The notes: a model not told the origin generated them from the sequence alone. DNA of 64,000 nt from Lama glama (GCA_028534125.1 CM052841.1:21824001-21888000); one strand, 5' to 3'. Counted from the stretch's first letter, positions 11,691 to 26,460 are shown. A program made the numbers and translations.

Positions 11691-13714
11691 TATTCTGGAA
11701 ACTGAATGTGAAAGAGTAATCTCAGCAAAGGATTTAATTTTGGGTGTTCTTAGTGGTGAGGATAGCTGTACTGTTTCCAGGACAGTTATTAGAGACTTTG
11801 ATGCACAATCGATGGAAAATATCTTCTAGTGCTGATACTATTTAATTAAAACATATGATATTATTATAAATAGGGATTTACAAAAGCACCCTTCATGCAT
11901 ACCAATCCTCACCCTTCTAATTAGTCTTTTCATTAAGGGATTTCAGTATGATTTTAGTGTGACTAAACAGTATGTTTAAATATTTGCATTGGAAAACCAT
12001 ATATACTATTTTGTTTCCTCCAAACTCCCCTGAGTATTTAAAATCAATGTATGTTTATTGATAGATTTATTATCTCAGTGGATAGGAGAATTAGGACATG
12101 TACTTTAAATCAGTTTCCTTTGTACATAACAGCTGTCATTGGATTTATATTCTAAGTGGGATTAATCACCTAATTGCTTGCCGAACTTTGGTGACTGTAA
12201 TTGAGAGCCTCGTCTCCTCAAATAAATGAAGTATTTAATTTAGGAAATGGGTTTTGGGGTGCTAAGGTTCTTCTCTCTTTTTATTCAGGCCATGGACACA
12301 TGTTCTCAAATTAGCAAGGAAGCAAACAGATTAAGATGTGGCAGCTCTGGTGTTACAAATAAATAGTCTTGAAACTAATCACTGGAGAAAGCTGTGTACA
12401 GGGCCATACACCAGCCTTTCTCCCCATACCAAGAGTTTAAACTGCTGTCTGAGCACAATATCATTATTCAAGAAAAGGTAGTTTTTTTTCTTGGATTTTT
12501 TTTCTATCACAATTACAATAAAAGCAACCTTTAAATCTAGTTTAATCTAATTGTCTGTGTAGTTCCCCTGCTGATGTTTGTAAGGAGTAATGAATGATTT
12601 TACGAAGACTGAATTAGGCAACTTACAAATGGTGAAACCTCCAAAGTCAATGCAATTTCATTACAATCATTATTAGTTTTTGGTAAGGATTATAGTGCAC
12701 TCTGCATGGAATACAAATCAGCTTGCAGGTAGTAGAATACTGTTTATGATAAAAATGCTCTTTGAAAGCAAAAAGTATATTAAGGCAGGCTCAGTTGCTA
12801 AATTTTGTAACAGTGTTGAAATCTCTTCATCCTCCAAAGGCAGCAGTGTGGGAAGACTAAGTAGCTCAGTGGTGGGCTTGACTGAAGAGGAGTATTTTTG
12901 AAAAATATATATACAAATGCATAGAGATAGAGGTATAATAAAAGCTGTAAAATAGATTTAAAGAGGTATGCTCACAGCCATATTTTATATATGTCTGTAA
13001 ATGTACATGTATTACATATTTTTCTTAGTTTGGACATTGGACTGCTCTGGAAAAAAATGCAAATGGATTCATTCAGTTTGACAGTCTTTTCTATTTAAGG
13101 TAGTCTGGGGTGTTTGAACACATGCGAACATTATAAAGACTAATTTTTTTGTTTTTAAGTCAGATAAAATATGCTGATTCTTATTGTGGTTTGAATTAGA
13201 AAACTATTTTTAATGTGTTTGTATATTATCTCTCTTTCAAGTTCAAGGAATTTATTAGATGGTCTTTGGTGCCCACATTAGTGGTAAACTTCATAGGTAA
13301 TAAACAAAGACAAGATGGTATAAAGTCCCAGTAATTTTAGACGAAGAAGAAGGTTCATGTCTGTGTTGTCTGGGGGTCTTTACACTGCTACAAATAGACA
13401 TAACTCAAAACACTTTGTGAAAACATGGTAACAGTTTCATATTTAGAACTCTCCACCTAGTTGAAAGCATAGAATACCAAGATCATCTACAGAAGATATC
13501 TGCCTTCCTAAGTTTACTTTCAATTGTTTATTGGATATTGTGCATCTAGATATGTGTAGAGAGCGTGCCCTCCATGTTCCATTTCTTCCTGTTTTGTATC
13601 TTCTTGTTTGTGGCCCATGGCTGAGTGTGAGAGATTAGATATGGAGCCGAAGGTTTGACATCTCTTACCCTTCTCTATCCTTGCATGTATTGCCTTGCAT
13701 CAACATTTCAGAAC

Positions 13715-13850
13715 CTCTCTAGACTGAGAGAACCTTGAATGCTAGACTTGTGTCTTTTATCTCTAGATTCCTAAACCTAGTGCAATGCCTGGAATGTAAC
13801 AGATGCTTGAACATATTGTTGATTGATTGACCTAATTAATAAATAAATGA
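13715..13850 (+). mobile_element. L2 3' end
   Basis: 'ctagactgagagaaccttga...cctagtgcaatgcctggaatgtaacagatgcttgaacatattgttgattgattga'. Confidence 0.75.
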
Positions 13851-14959
13851 TTTCTAAGCTTTATTTGTCAACCCTGATGGTATATGCCTTTGATCATCTG
13901 AATTTTGTGCAGTTAGTTTAAAAATTGACTCTGTTACAACATATGCGAGCAATCAGGAGAACACCACCACTGTGGTTATAATGGTCTAATGTTCCCCATT
14001 GTTGGATAAATAGTGAAACTTATGCTGAAATTTACATGGAGTTAAGATGGACCTGTTAATTTGGAGGAATAATTGAATATGAATGCTGAGGATAATGTAA
14101 ATAAAGTAGCACTGTTTCTTTTTTTACACATCTCAAATCTGTTTAATATAGCAGTATCAATATGCATATTGTGACTTGTTCTCAAATGATCATGTTTGCT
14201 TTGTTGAGTTTTAGAGCATAGTAGTTTATTCACAAGTTCACTTACTGAATTAAATTTAAACGTTATAGCTTTTGTTAGAGTTCCAAAGCTGAGAAAATAC
14301 AAACAGTTCAACATCTTTTGTGTTCTGTGAATTTTGTGTTTTGTGAATTTATGAAGTAGAAATTGAGAAAAAATAATACTAAGGAAATTACTCAGTTTTC
14401 CAGACTACTTGCATCAGTTTTACAGGTCCAGAAATGTTTCGTAGCTACCTTATACTTCATTGGTTTTGGTCTTAATATCTCAATACCCTTGGCTTTTGCT
14501 TTTTGGTTAAAATCCAACCTTATTCCCATAAAGGAGCAGAACTCTACACTCAACATTTTTTTTTGCTGTCTTTGCCTCCAGGTCTTTAAATCTCGAATTA
14601 AAAATTTCAGCTCTGCTCCTAGATTGATTATACAAGTCTTTTAACTCCTTGGAAGGTGGCATTTCTCAAAGAAGTTCAGGCAGTTTGGGTTCTTTTACAA
14701 TGGCTCTTCCAATGAATGGTCCTTTCTGTTTCCCTGTGGAGGATATTTTATAGTACTTTTAAAAAAAAGGAGTTGGGCTGTATATTTGATTGATTTTAGG
14801 AAAGAATTGCTGGGGTTAAAATGCATGATCATCAGATCATGAAGGACCACGTTTCTAGCCAGTTTCCTAATGATTAAAGCAGACTGCTCTTCAATATTGG
14901 CTAATAATATATTCCATCTTGTATTTTTTTTCAATACTTGATATATTTCATGATACTCA

Positions 14960-15120
14960 TTTTTTTAATGACAACCTCATTGTGGAACATTTGGAGAATG
15001 TAGGAATGTCTAAAGAGGAAAATTAGAATTATCCTGATTGTATGTCTCTAGGATAAGCACTGTAAATGTTTTGATGGATATTCTTCCAGGCTTCTTTATA
15101 TGTGTGTTTGTATGTTTCAT
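14960..15120 (-). mobile_element. Old L1 (L1ME/L1MC-type) 3' terminal fragment
   Basis: 'ctcattgtggaacatttggagaatgtag...gataagcactgtaaatgttttgatggatattcttccagg'. Confidence 0.6.
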
Positions 15121-18100
15121 CCTACTCTCACTATTAAAATAGGAGATAAAAAGGGCCCCTCTCTTTCTTAGTCCCAAAGAGATGCTAAAAGATGATGTAA
15201 GAATTAATAATTCATTTGTAATCTTGTTCATTATGATGCACCCTTTGTGTCTTTAAACAGCTTGGCCCAAGAAAAGTGAATATATTTTTCTTTTAAATAA
15301 TAATAAAAAATTATTGGATAATAGATTATACTTGTCACAAGAACTTAATGAAGAGTGAAAAGAATTATCTGAGTGTTGTTACCAACTCAGATTCTGTAGC
15401 TATGTCAAGCCACGTAAGTCTTTGGGAATGTAGGCAGTGTTATAGCTAGGGCTCACAGTGACCAGGGTCATATTGGATAAAGCAACAGAGCCTCATGGGA
15501 ACATCACTAAGTATGAAATTGACATTGATTTAATGCCCCCCAAAAGTTTCAGAAATCTGATATGTAGTTCTCAATGTAAACTTGAATGCATTCTGTATTC
15601 ATTTTATTTTTCCTTATTTTCTTTTTGTTCTGGTTTCTTCTACTAATTTAAAATTCTGAAATTACTTTCTCATATTGTTCATATAAATATAAGGTATTCT
15701 GAATTCTTTGGAACAAGGCAGGTACAGTAACAAATATTAGTAAATAAAATGTAGTAGAGAGTGGGGATAGAGTAAGTTTCCTTGAACTAAAAGGTAATTG
15801 GGAGAGGAGAAAACTTACTTTACAGAAAGAGGAAATGGCAGAAGTTTAGATACTTGGATCTTATTTTTGTCTGGATGTTTTGTTTTCTTTCTTTCCAATT
15901 TTTGGGGCTAAATGTGGATCCCTATAAATCTTATTATTGAATATTAACACAAACAAAATCTGTTCTTCCAGGATTAAGTCTAACAAACAAAAATTCCCAC
16001 TTAACCACTTAATTTAGAAATAAATGAAAGAATTGATAATGACAGTCATCTGCAATTTATTATTGTAATTTAAAAAATATATTTGTTTGTCCCTGTAACA
16101 GTTGATTTCTTTGAGCAAGTCTACCTTTTTTTTTTTTTAGTGTAATTAATAGAAGCCATAAGTCTTTGCAAGCTGTTTCTGTTAACAACACAGTAATATA
16201 AGAACATGAGGTTTTAGGAAGACATCCTGTTAAGATATTTAGCTAAAAATTGCACCATTTAATGAATGTGCCAAATGGAGTCCAACCACAGCAAACTAAA
16301 ACAAAAAATTAAAGCTATCACAAGTTTACTTGGTTTCCCAATACTTTACGTAATGAAGCTGTATTTTTCTATAACTGTCATTTTTAATTTATTCGCATTT
16401 ATAGCTTCAATGGAAGTTAGGTATTATAGCATTACTTAGGTCTTTCAGTCTGGATTTTATGAAATGTGGTGGATGCATATAAATTTCCTGATACTATTTT
16501 ATATATATTTTACTTTTCACAAGAGTTTAATGTGTATATATAGTAAATACTTTCTTTTAATTGATTATAATGTCTTCACTAAGGCCCATTTTCTTAATTA
16601 GAAAACTGATGTATCTCAAACAACCTCATTTTTCAAAATAACTTAATTTTTATGTTTCTCACTTCCCATGGTTTGTGCTCCTTTAGAGTCTTCTGTCATA
16701 TATTTTCTCTTCTTATGCTTCATCTAAGTTAATAACTAGAACCATGAACTCTACTGTAGTGTACATTTGGTTGAATAACATATTATAATTTTTTTCAGCT
16801 CTCTCCCAGAGTGACTGAAGAGTAATTATTGTGTTTATTTGTTAATTTACTGAGGCAATATCACTAATATATAATTAGTCCATTTATTTTTGTAATTGCA
16901 TATTATACTCATTAATTAAGATAATTCATGATATGAGGGATAATATATTATTTTCTTCATTTTATAGTAATTAGTGACTCTCACATTGTCATAAATTGCT
17001 ACAACAAATTGTACAGTTTTATCAAACAGGATGGATCACTTTAAGAAAATGTTATGTTTAGAATCTTCAGTGCTTACACCTTTTTATTCATATTGAAGCC
17101 TTTATGAAGTTTTCCTTAAAAACTTCTTAAGTCCTCCCATGAACTTTACCCAGTGATTATTAGTGGTAAACAATGACAAGCACAGCATGGAATTTCACCT
17201 GCTGTGGCATAACTGAGATAGGTGACTATCTTAATGAATGTATGCCAACTTGTGCCTTTATGAAAGAGGTACATAGGGCTGGAATTCTTTTTAAACCTAT
17301 GCACATGATTGATTACCTCTATATTTTACTTATAAATTAGTCTATATTTTCTTTGAAGACAAGAGCTCCTTCAGATAAATCTTTATGCTCACTAGTACAT
17401 TACACATAGTAGATAATTATTTTTGTTTTTGTTTTTTGAATTAACTTTGAAATATACTTTATATAGTGTGTTAAACCAAATTTTTTAAGTACAAAAAGTC
17501 TACTTTGGTGTTTTCTTAGTCTGTTGTCAGTGGTTTTTTCAGACATTGCCTGCTATATTTTATACATATGAAATATTGTATGTATAGTTATATGCATACA
17601 TATGCATAGCAATGTATACATTCATGTGTATGAAAAGATCTATGCATTTGTATTGTTTCTTTATTCTTGGCTTATATCTAGGTGGAGGTTATAATAAGTA
17701 TTTAAATACCACATACCAGTACCTTTTTTTTTTTTTTAATATACTCTCTCTAAGCGCCAAGTGCCCTTATGTGACACTCTTGAAGACTAAGCTGTCTTTC
17801 TGAACTATAGATTTGTGGACTTTGAATCAGTTCTGATTGACTGTATGGATCTATATTTCAACATTTTCCTGAGCCTTCTATTCTTCTATTACTTCTAATT
17901 TTTCAGGAGAATGCACATCTATGCTATATGAGAATGCTATACCTGATGTCTGTAATCTCACACATTCTGACTTAAAATTTATTCTTTGTGATTTGCAATA
18001 TAACAGAAATAGATTTAAACTCTTAAGTGGACTTTTTTTTTTTTAATATACCATGGAGTCATTTGCCAGGATTTATGTTGTATATTTGAGTTCTGAGTAG

Positions 18101-18219
18101 ATATTTGTGTCAAACATTTTAATAGTTGAGTAACAGTTACAGAATGCTTAGGCATGATATGTCTGAGCCTTGCCGTTTCAAGAGTGACTGAAATTCCTTT
18201 GTACGTTTTTTATTTTAAG

Positions 18220-18231
18220 AAAGTGTGCAAG
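18220..18231 (+). other. Candidate 12-nt microexon (KVCK in phase 0), or the 3' end of a longer non-coding or alternative exon
   Basis: U-rich tract ending ttttaag| followed by AAAGTGTGCAAG and a consensus donor |gtaagt. The AAG acceptor is the weak point. Confidence 0.25.
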
Positions 18232-19429
18232 GTAAGTGAGGTTTTTATTCCGTTTTGATTTTGTTTTAAAATATAGAGGACTTGGGAGCAGAGGATAAAA
18301 CAAATGCAGGTTGGGGGATGAGGATTGCAGAATAGAGATTAGACTTACTCAGCATGATTCCACATGTCAAAACCAATCCAGAAAAACACTAGAACTCGTG
18401 AAAATTACTTGGTAGCATGGTTTATAACAATATAATGTCTTTCCTAGTACTGAAAAAGATAACATGGGATCTAGAGAGGTCCCTATCACTGGTATATGCA
18501 TATTCACTATGTGTGTGTGCATGTGTGTGTTCATATATATACATAGAATATATGAATTTATTCATATTATATGTATAATATATGAATATATTCAGCTGAG
18601 TAAGACCTCACTATGTCTCAGCTACTTAAGAACCAGCGGTTCATTAAAATGATCAGAAAGGAATGATGAAGGTTCTCTCTACTTATCTTATACTGTTTCA
18701 TCAGCTATACTACTTATCTGGAGGTGTTTTGTCACAGCCACAGTGGTCATCCTGAGACACACAGGATGTACAGTTCCTAGACGTTGTATTTCCTAAAGTA
18801 CTCTAAGGCTCTTTGAAATCTGCCATTTCTCTTCTTAAGGATATGATTCCCAAACCTTTTAAGATAGAATGTTTCACACCAATAAGAATCAGATTGTAGC
18901 AAGGAATTTATACCATTGAAATAACACTGCCTCCCACACAACTTTCTTAAAATATTTCCCCTTCAGTTCTTTGAGGAGTTAGGGGTTTACAAGGACAGCT
19001 TAATATCATTCTGAGAAGATATAGTAGTAACATGTCTGGTACTTGCTTCTTACTTAAAAATGAAAATAGCAAGAACAAAGGTAGCTTGCATTATGCAGAG
19101 TGTGAATGTTCACCAGCTCTGAATACTTTGTGTTCCATGCTGGTTCTTTAGACATTAAAGTCAGTGGACTGGGAGACTACAGATAAGTTATGAATTAATA
19201 GTCAAGCATCTTCCATATTAGGTGCCAAAGTTTACCCTCTTACTCTTAGTAAAACTTGACCTCACAAAAGATAATCATCACTTATGCAAGGCCCTTCTTG
19301 AGTTAAATGCTCTCAGTTGAGAACTGAGCTTGTATAATTTTCCAACACTTTGAGGGTATGATTCTCTTAAGAAGTTCTCATCAGTGAAAGGAAGTAGACC
19401 ATTTATCCTTGGCCTTCTTTTCTAGCATT

Positions 19430-19835
19430 GTCTTCTTCTGTTTCTCCATGTTTTTTTTTTTCCTTTCATACCAGCCATGTAAAATCATCCTCAGGTTCCC
19501 AAATGCACTGTATTTATGCCTGGGAAGTTGCTTTTATATTTATCTGTATTACCTTCCTTTATTGTCTCTGCCAAACTTCTGTCCATCCTTCAAACCTCAA
19601 ATCAAGTGTTACCACTCATCTTTGACTTTCTTTGGTAGAATGTATTTCCCTCTTTTCCTTAAGTCAATACTAATTATAATAACTCCATTAACAGTTAACA
19701 TGTTGTATTATAATCATTTGTTACCATTAGACATTCAGTAAGCCAAGATCTTCAAGCATAGCAATGCCTATGTCTTTACCATTTATCTGTGTCTACTGCT
19801 CAGTAACCAGGCAGTGCAACTTTGTCATGTGAATA
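19430..19835 (+). mobile_element. L2 3' remnant
   Basis: 'tgcctgggaag...aaacttctgtccatccttcaaacctcaaatcaagtgttacc...agccaagatcttcaagcatagcaatg'. Confidence 0.5.
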
Positions 19836-21135
19836 AAGTAAAGACTTTAGGAAATCTACTCATTATATAGCTGAGTTACATTAAAGAACTATGAATTCAA
19901 GAGTGAATATCTCTGGCACTTTTGCCATTGGGGTTGACTCCAATCAAGATAAATAATGTGCAATCCTTGATATATCTACTCTACAGATGAAAAGCTGGGC
20001 ATTTCAAGAACTATTCAAATCTTTGCGTATGAATGACAGGCATTCACTCACCTAAGAGTCAGTTCCACTTTCTTAGAAGCAATATGCATCGTTGTGTATT
20101 ATCATTGACATAACAAGGGTTTTAAAATTCATTCATCTAAAGAGAGCAGGCTCTTATATGTGCCCAGGTCAGGTTTAGTGTTAGAGGGTTGTATTTTGGG
20201 GAGTACTTTGTATTTGAGTAGTTGTTTGAGAAGTTGGATTTCAAGAAGAACCCAGAAAGAGGGTGTTGTTTCATCTGTAAGAGTTTAGCATCAGTAAGAG
20301 TATATCTGGCTAAAGGTTCCTGTGTTCGGTACCTCTTAGTCTTAATTATCATGATAAGTTCTTTTAAATTTGAATTTCCATTGTTAAAGTCACTGTATTT
20401 TGGTACCTTTTGATCCTATATCATCTCAAAGCTGTTTTGGGAAATTCATGATACTACAGGGCTGAACTTTGATTAATTCTGTAAAGTCAATAACCAGCTA
20501 TCCAAAAGTTTTCTCCTCTTCCCAGAAATTTGTTCGACTTAAGCCAAATTCAAACTTGAAGGAAGAAGATTGAACTTACGTTTATTACTGGCCAACTCGT
20601 TCTTTACACTGCAGTCTGTAGAATTAAGAATGTTTATATAGTAGACACAGAGTTCAGATTTAAAGCTTGATTTTCGGTCATATCCTATGCGTAAACTAAA
20701 ATTCTGTGGTAGAAGTGAGGTTATTACAATTTGGTTTGCTCTCAAAGTTCATGGAGTGGCAACTTTGTCATTATTCTCAGACTTGGTGTTTTAGCCAAGT
20801 AAACTTATCCTTATGACTCTGATCTTTAGAATTTCTTAAAATAATCTCCAATTAAATCACTTAAAAATTCCACCCCCTCCCACATTCTTTCTCCTCTTAC
20901 TCCCATTTTCCATAAATTATTCTGTTTCATTTTGATTGCAATCAAGCAGTTATCTTTTGAAAATTAAAGCAGGCTTGCCAATAAATAACCACCTTGGATC
21001 AGTGTATAGAAGACACTGAAGTAAAAACGAAACTAAATGAACTCTCCCAGCTAAAAAGTGACAGGGCTGTTTTCCTTTGAGGAAGTTTTGCCCATCCACA
21101 GAGCATTAGTAAAATAGGGCTTTCAGTGTAATGGT

Positions 21136-21641
21136 TGTGGTAGGCCAAATAATGCCCTCCACCAAAGATACCTACCTAAGACTTCATCCTTGGATCTGTC
21201 AGTATGTTGCTTTGCAAGGAAAAGCAAAATTAAGGTTATAGATGGAGTTAATGTTACTAATCAACTGACCAGAAGATAAAGAGGTTATTCTAGATGAGCC
21301 AGATGAATCTCATGAGGTCATAAGGTTTCTTAAGTGGTAGGCAGGAGTTAGTGGCAGACTGATGAAATTAGAGGAAGACTCACTTGGCCCTTGCTGACTT
21401 TGAAGCTAGCAGAGGACCACAAACCAAGAAATGCAGGCACTTTCTGGAAGCTGGAAAAAAGCAAGAAAACAGTTTCTTCCCTTGACCCTGTAGAAAGGAA
21501 TACGGCCCTTCTGACAACTTTGATTTAACCCAGTGAGACACATCAGACTTCCGGTGTCCAGGGCACAATATAATACATTTCCATTGTTTAAAGCCACTGA
21601 GTTTGTGGCAATTAATTACCACATCAGAAGGAAACTAATTA
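21136..21641 (+). mobile_element. ERVL-MaLR solo LTR (MLT1D-like)
   Basis: Starts tgtggtaggccaaataatgccc; contains 'ccaagaaatgcaggcactttctggaagctggaaaaaagcaagaaaacag'; ends 'aagccactgagtttgtggcaatt...ggaaactaat'. Confidence 0.9.
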
Positions 21642-23449
21642 TGTACTTTAATTTTAATTACCCTGTGTAGCCTACAGCTTATTAAGTTCTGATGCAGATC
21701 TCTGGTAGTACTTCCTTATTTACCCTCCACATGCCTTTGTGACCCCTCCTCTTACACTGAAGAAGCAGTTTCTGAATTCTTTTGAGTCATTGATTTGCTT
21801 GAAAACATCACATAAGTAATGCCAGTCATAGAGAACACAGAATCTTTGTTATGTTTGGATTGGGGTTGGGGGTAGAGAAAAAAAAAAAAAGCCTAGGCTT
21901 TACATGTAGAAATAAAGTCTCTAGGAAGAGAAGGATATGAAAAAAATAGTGACAGATACCCATCAATGGAAAAGACTAAAGCATGTAAAACTACTTGCAA
22001 TCTACCCTCTGATAAGTCTGCTGCATTCCCATATTTCAGGATGTAGCACACAACCATGGGGGTGTTCTCCAGATAAAATCCCCTGGAAGGCATGATCAGC
22101 CTACTCCAGAATAAGGCCTTCCTTATTCTTAAAAGCCTACACTGCATTGCTCCTGCACATCTTTTATGTCATATTAAGAACCCGATTTCTTTTTACTTGA
22201 GCTATTTTCTAGTGTAGGCTATGTCTGTTTCAGATACTTTGACCATCTGGTTTCTATGATCAGCCTCAATAAAATCAATTTGAGCTCACTTTGACTGTAC
22301 AATATCTATATACCCTTAAGTATGGCCATATTGGGTTTGTAAAAAATGAATGTTCATAACTCCAGTAATCTTTTGTTACCAGTGACTGGTCATTAATTGA
22401 CCATGTGAAAGCAAGCACTTTCTGTTGTTTCCAGCATGATTCCTTTTCAGAAAATTTTTCAATTTGCATTTCCAAAATTGACAAACGCACATTTAAAATT
22501 GCAGCTAACCACCATGAGACTTTAACAACACTCATTATAATTTGCAAAATGTTGTAACAGGTTGTGTGGGCACAGTTCAGGAATCAGAGGAATGTGTCAA
22601 GTTTCTCATTCAAACGGAAGCACGACTTTATTGATTTCTGAGGTGACAGACATGCCAAGGCATCCGAGTACCAGGATCCTGTCCAAGGCAGATTTCTGGA
22701 GAGGAACAACCCCTGCTGGGAACTCACCATCATCTATAGAAATTGGATTGTATTCTGAACTCCATGTTCTAGTTTTCAAGTCACAAATAGCTTATGGTGA
22801 CAGTAAATTCCTACTCCAAATACCATCTTATTTCAATATTGTTAATTCAGATAATTAATTAGGTTGGAGGATTTTCATATTCCATGTTTCTTCTTTTGTT
22901 TCTTGAGAACACATTCATAAAGAATCAGGAGAGAAGTCAGAAAATAAATGCAATTGTGCTTTTTTTTTTTTTGTATCCTAGGATTAAAGAAAACTCCATC
23001 TAGAGCAGTTTACTGCTTTAAACATTACTGTACAAGATGTGGACTTTCAGTGTTTGTCAGTTAAAAGCTGGGCTTACACCAAGGCAGAAGACCATATATT
23101 TATCTTCTTGAAAGCACTTGTTTGATTGGTGGGCTGGTTGGTTCATGTAGTATAGCTGTTCTCCCAGTGTACCCAAAATGAATTTGTCAGTGTAACTTTT
23201 TCTCAAAATATTACTTGGTAGCAGAAATTCTTTCTGAATAATGTTCATTTCCTGCATGTGCATCACTCAGAATTTTCTCTACAGCTTTTGCATTGTTTAT
23301 ATTTTAGTGTATAGATAATCAGTAATAATCACTCCGCAATGTAAATTCTGACTCAGTGTGAATTCTTGAAACATGGCTCAAGGACTGCTTTAACAATTAC
23401 TGAAGAGATTCTTTTGCACAAGTCGGTTGCCTAAAGACTCCTCTTAAAA

Positions 23450-23545
23450 ATGATGGTTGTTATTATTTCTACTGTTTGATGAAGAAACTGAGGCAAAAGT
23501 CAGTCATTTCCTGTGGTCATAGACCAAGTAGAATCTGGTTCCGTG
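23450..23545 (-). mobile_element. MIR core fragment
   Basis: 'tattatttctactgtttgatgaagaaactgaggca...ggtcatag'. Confidence 0.55.
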
Positions 23546-25139
23546 TGTTATTTCCATTGGTTGATATCACTTGCTCTGTGTGTGCGCGTGTTGTAGAAAG
23601 ATAATGAAACGCCTTTCCTCCTAGTTGTTTTCTGATACCTAGTTCTTTGAAATATAGTGTCTATTGAATGTAAGTTACCATAACACTAGTTGTTGCAGGC
23701 TGATATATGAATACACTTTTACCAAAATCATTATTTCCATGAAACACAACTTAAGTGCTATGAAAAATCTGTGATTAAAAAAAAAACAGTTTATTCCCAG
23801 TTCCACTGTTGTATCTTTTAGATGTCTTGTAGTGTTGGAGACTAGGGCTTTCAAAACACATTTTGGTGACTGCAGTTGCCATGTGCTCTATATGACTGAT
23901 ACAAGGAAATGTCAGCTGGTACGATTTCCTTCAAAATACAAAGAGTACAGCTGGCTTCTTATTTTTGTCCATTCTAAAGATACCACGGCTAGCCTTATTT
24001 GTACGGGCCCACTGGATCATGCCTAATTTAGTTAATGAAGCTCTTCTGTAACAAGAACCCTCTAAAGGAAAATAAGAACACAATGAAATTTCAGAATGCA
24101 AATTAGCCTAGCTTTTCTGGCTTTCACTCTCATGGGTGGAAGACACAGTAAAAGAAAATCCTTAAATTAAAGCCAATTACACTTCATAGTCAAAGATCAG
24201 GTTTACTTAAAATTGTCATGGGGGAGCTGCATGTGTTTTGGGAAGAAAGTGTCCAATCACTGGGAGATTGTTGGCACTTGACCCTGCCTGGGATGGAAAA
24301 AGCTATTATTTGCTCCTTAATCGTAGTGACTTGATTATTTTATTTGTCTGCCAACATCTTTGAGAATTTATGGTTTTCATCTAATCAATGGAACTATGTA
24401 TTGAAAAAAATGATTTCCCATAGTGGAGATTTACATTTATGGATCTTTAAGTTTTGTCCCTTTCCACTAAATGGTTTGTTATTCTTACAACCCATGTTTC
24501 ACATTTCTTGGTTACTTGGCTGCAAGGACCACATATGGCTTTCCTGGGCCATGGAGGTCAAGGTATTTCAAAATTAACTATGTCTTTATCTTCCTTTTGG
24601 GAGATAAGAGAACTTTTGGTCTGTTAAATTTAATTTGATTTCTCCCCTTATTCAGTTTTCCATTAAACTTTATATGATTACAAAACTTTAAGGAATATGA
24701 TAATAGAGAATGGCTATTGTTACTAGTTTTACTCATACTATTTTTTAATTACCTATTTTCAGATTTCACAAGTGTGTTTAACTATAGCAGTGGCAAAAGC
24801 CAATATAAATTTATTCTCTCCCTGGAATATTGGAAAGAAGCAAGTGAGATTGGAAAAATCATGACATTACTATATTTTTTAAGATTGTTTAGAGGTGAAC
24901 AGAATGGCTAGAAATTTAAGAAATCAAAGCTGTGAGCTAAACAATGATTTTAAAAAATGGTGTCAATCTGTAGCCAGGGCCTGTGCTGACGTACTATTTG
25001 TAAGTGGTTGAAAAACTGAAATAACCAAATAATATGGAAATACCAGACCTATGAGAAAAAAAATTATCCATATTGAAACCTGTAGTCTAAATCATTGATT
25101 TTTGTCTTACTTATTATATTGAATTAATAAATCATAGTT

Positions 25140-26460
25140 TATTAATCCATTTTAAGTTAATTAGCATATAGGTGGTTTCTAATCATTTCCAGTTCTAAAC
25201 AGTGCTGAAATTTTTATCTGTATTTGTGTCTCTATTTACGTAAGGGAGAAATTCTCCAGAGATTTGCGTATTTAATTTGTGAAATTGAATAGCAAGAAAC
25301 AAAAATTTAAAAATATTCTTCAACTTTACTAGGTACTGCCAAACTTGTCTCTAATGCTTATCTTGATTTATTTCTACCAAAAGTAAATAAGATTTGTCTT
25401 TTCCGCTTATTTTTGCCAAAATTTGTTTTTTTCAGAATTTAAAATTCTGCCAGTCTGATGAGGGTGAAATGATATCTCATTGTTAATTTTCTTTTCCTCG
25501 TTCCTAGTGAAGCTGGACATCCTTCATATGCTTATTCTTATTTCGTTCTATCTTTTGTAACTTGCTGGTTACTATACTTTCCCTTTTTTTACCTACTACG
25601 TCATTTTTTTTTAAAACTAATATATGAAAGTTCCGTTACTGATTCTGGGTCTGCAAAATGCATTGCAAATATAATCTCTAGGTCTGAGACTAGCCTGTTA
25701 CCTTGTTACGGTGTTTGTTTTTTAACTAAACAAGAGTTTTTAGTGTAGTCAAATATATCAATTTTTTATAATTATTGCTTTTTCATCATGTCTGAGAAAT
25801 TCTTTTTTGCCTTTTTCTTTCATAAATATGTTCAACAAGATTGACTTTTTCACATTAATAACTGTTTCGAAAATACCTTTCCTCTTTGGTGTGAACTGTG
25901 ATCTAATTTTGGTTTTCCACATGAATACACAGTTGGCCTAACTCTGTTTACTAGCTAGTATGTTCTTTCTCCTCTGATTTGAAATACTATCTTGGTCCTA
26001 TAGCAAGTTTCTATACTTCTGTGGGATACTTCTTGTTTCTTTATTTTGACCATTTAAAAAATCCTTGTTGCTTTTGATAATTTACATCTCTAGAAGCTTA
26101 GTTTAATTTAACTTTTGAAGTTTATGGACTTTTTTTTCTTTATCTTTTAATATTTAAAAATCTATAAATTATCTGTAGCCCTGTCCCGTTTTTTTTCCTT
26201 CCTGAGTTTTATTTGTGCCTATTCCCTTGATCATTTTTTCTGTTCCCTTTATTTCAATCAAATTCACTAGAAGTTTACTTGTTTAATTACTGTGTTCAAA
26301 TGAGAATTTTGTTTTGATCTTCTCTAATGTCTATTTGTTTCTGTATTTCACTAATGCATTTCGTTTCCTTTAGAATTCCTGAGTCTCATTTACTAGTTTA
26401 TTGATTTGAAAGATTAACATCTTTGTTTTGAATTGCATTTTTTTCTCTTTTGCAATATAC
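25140..26460 (-). mobile_element. Old L1 (L1M/L1ME) ORF2 3' region, degenerate
   Basis: T-rich antisense L1 motifs: 'caactttactaggtactgccaaac', 'tgccagtctgatgagggtgaaatgatatctcattgtt', 'tcaaatatatcaa'. Confidence 0.75.
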
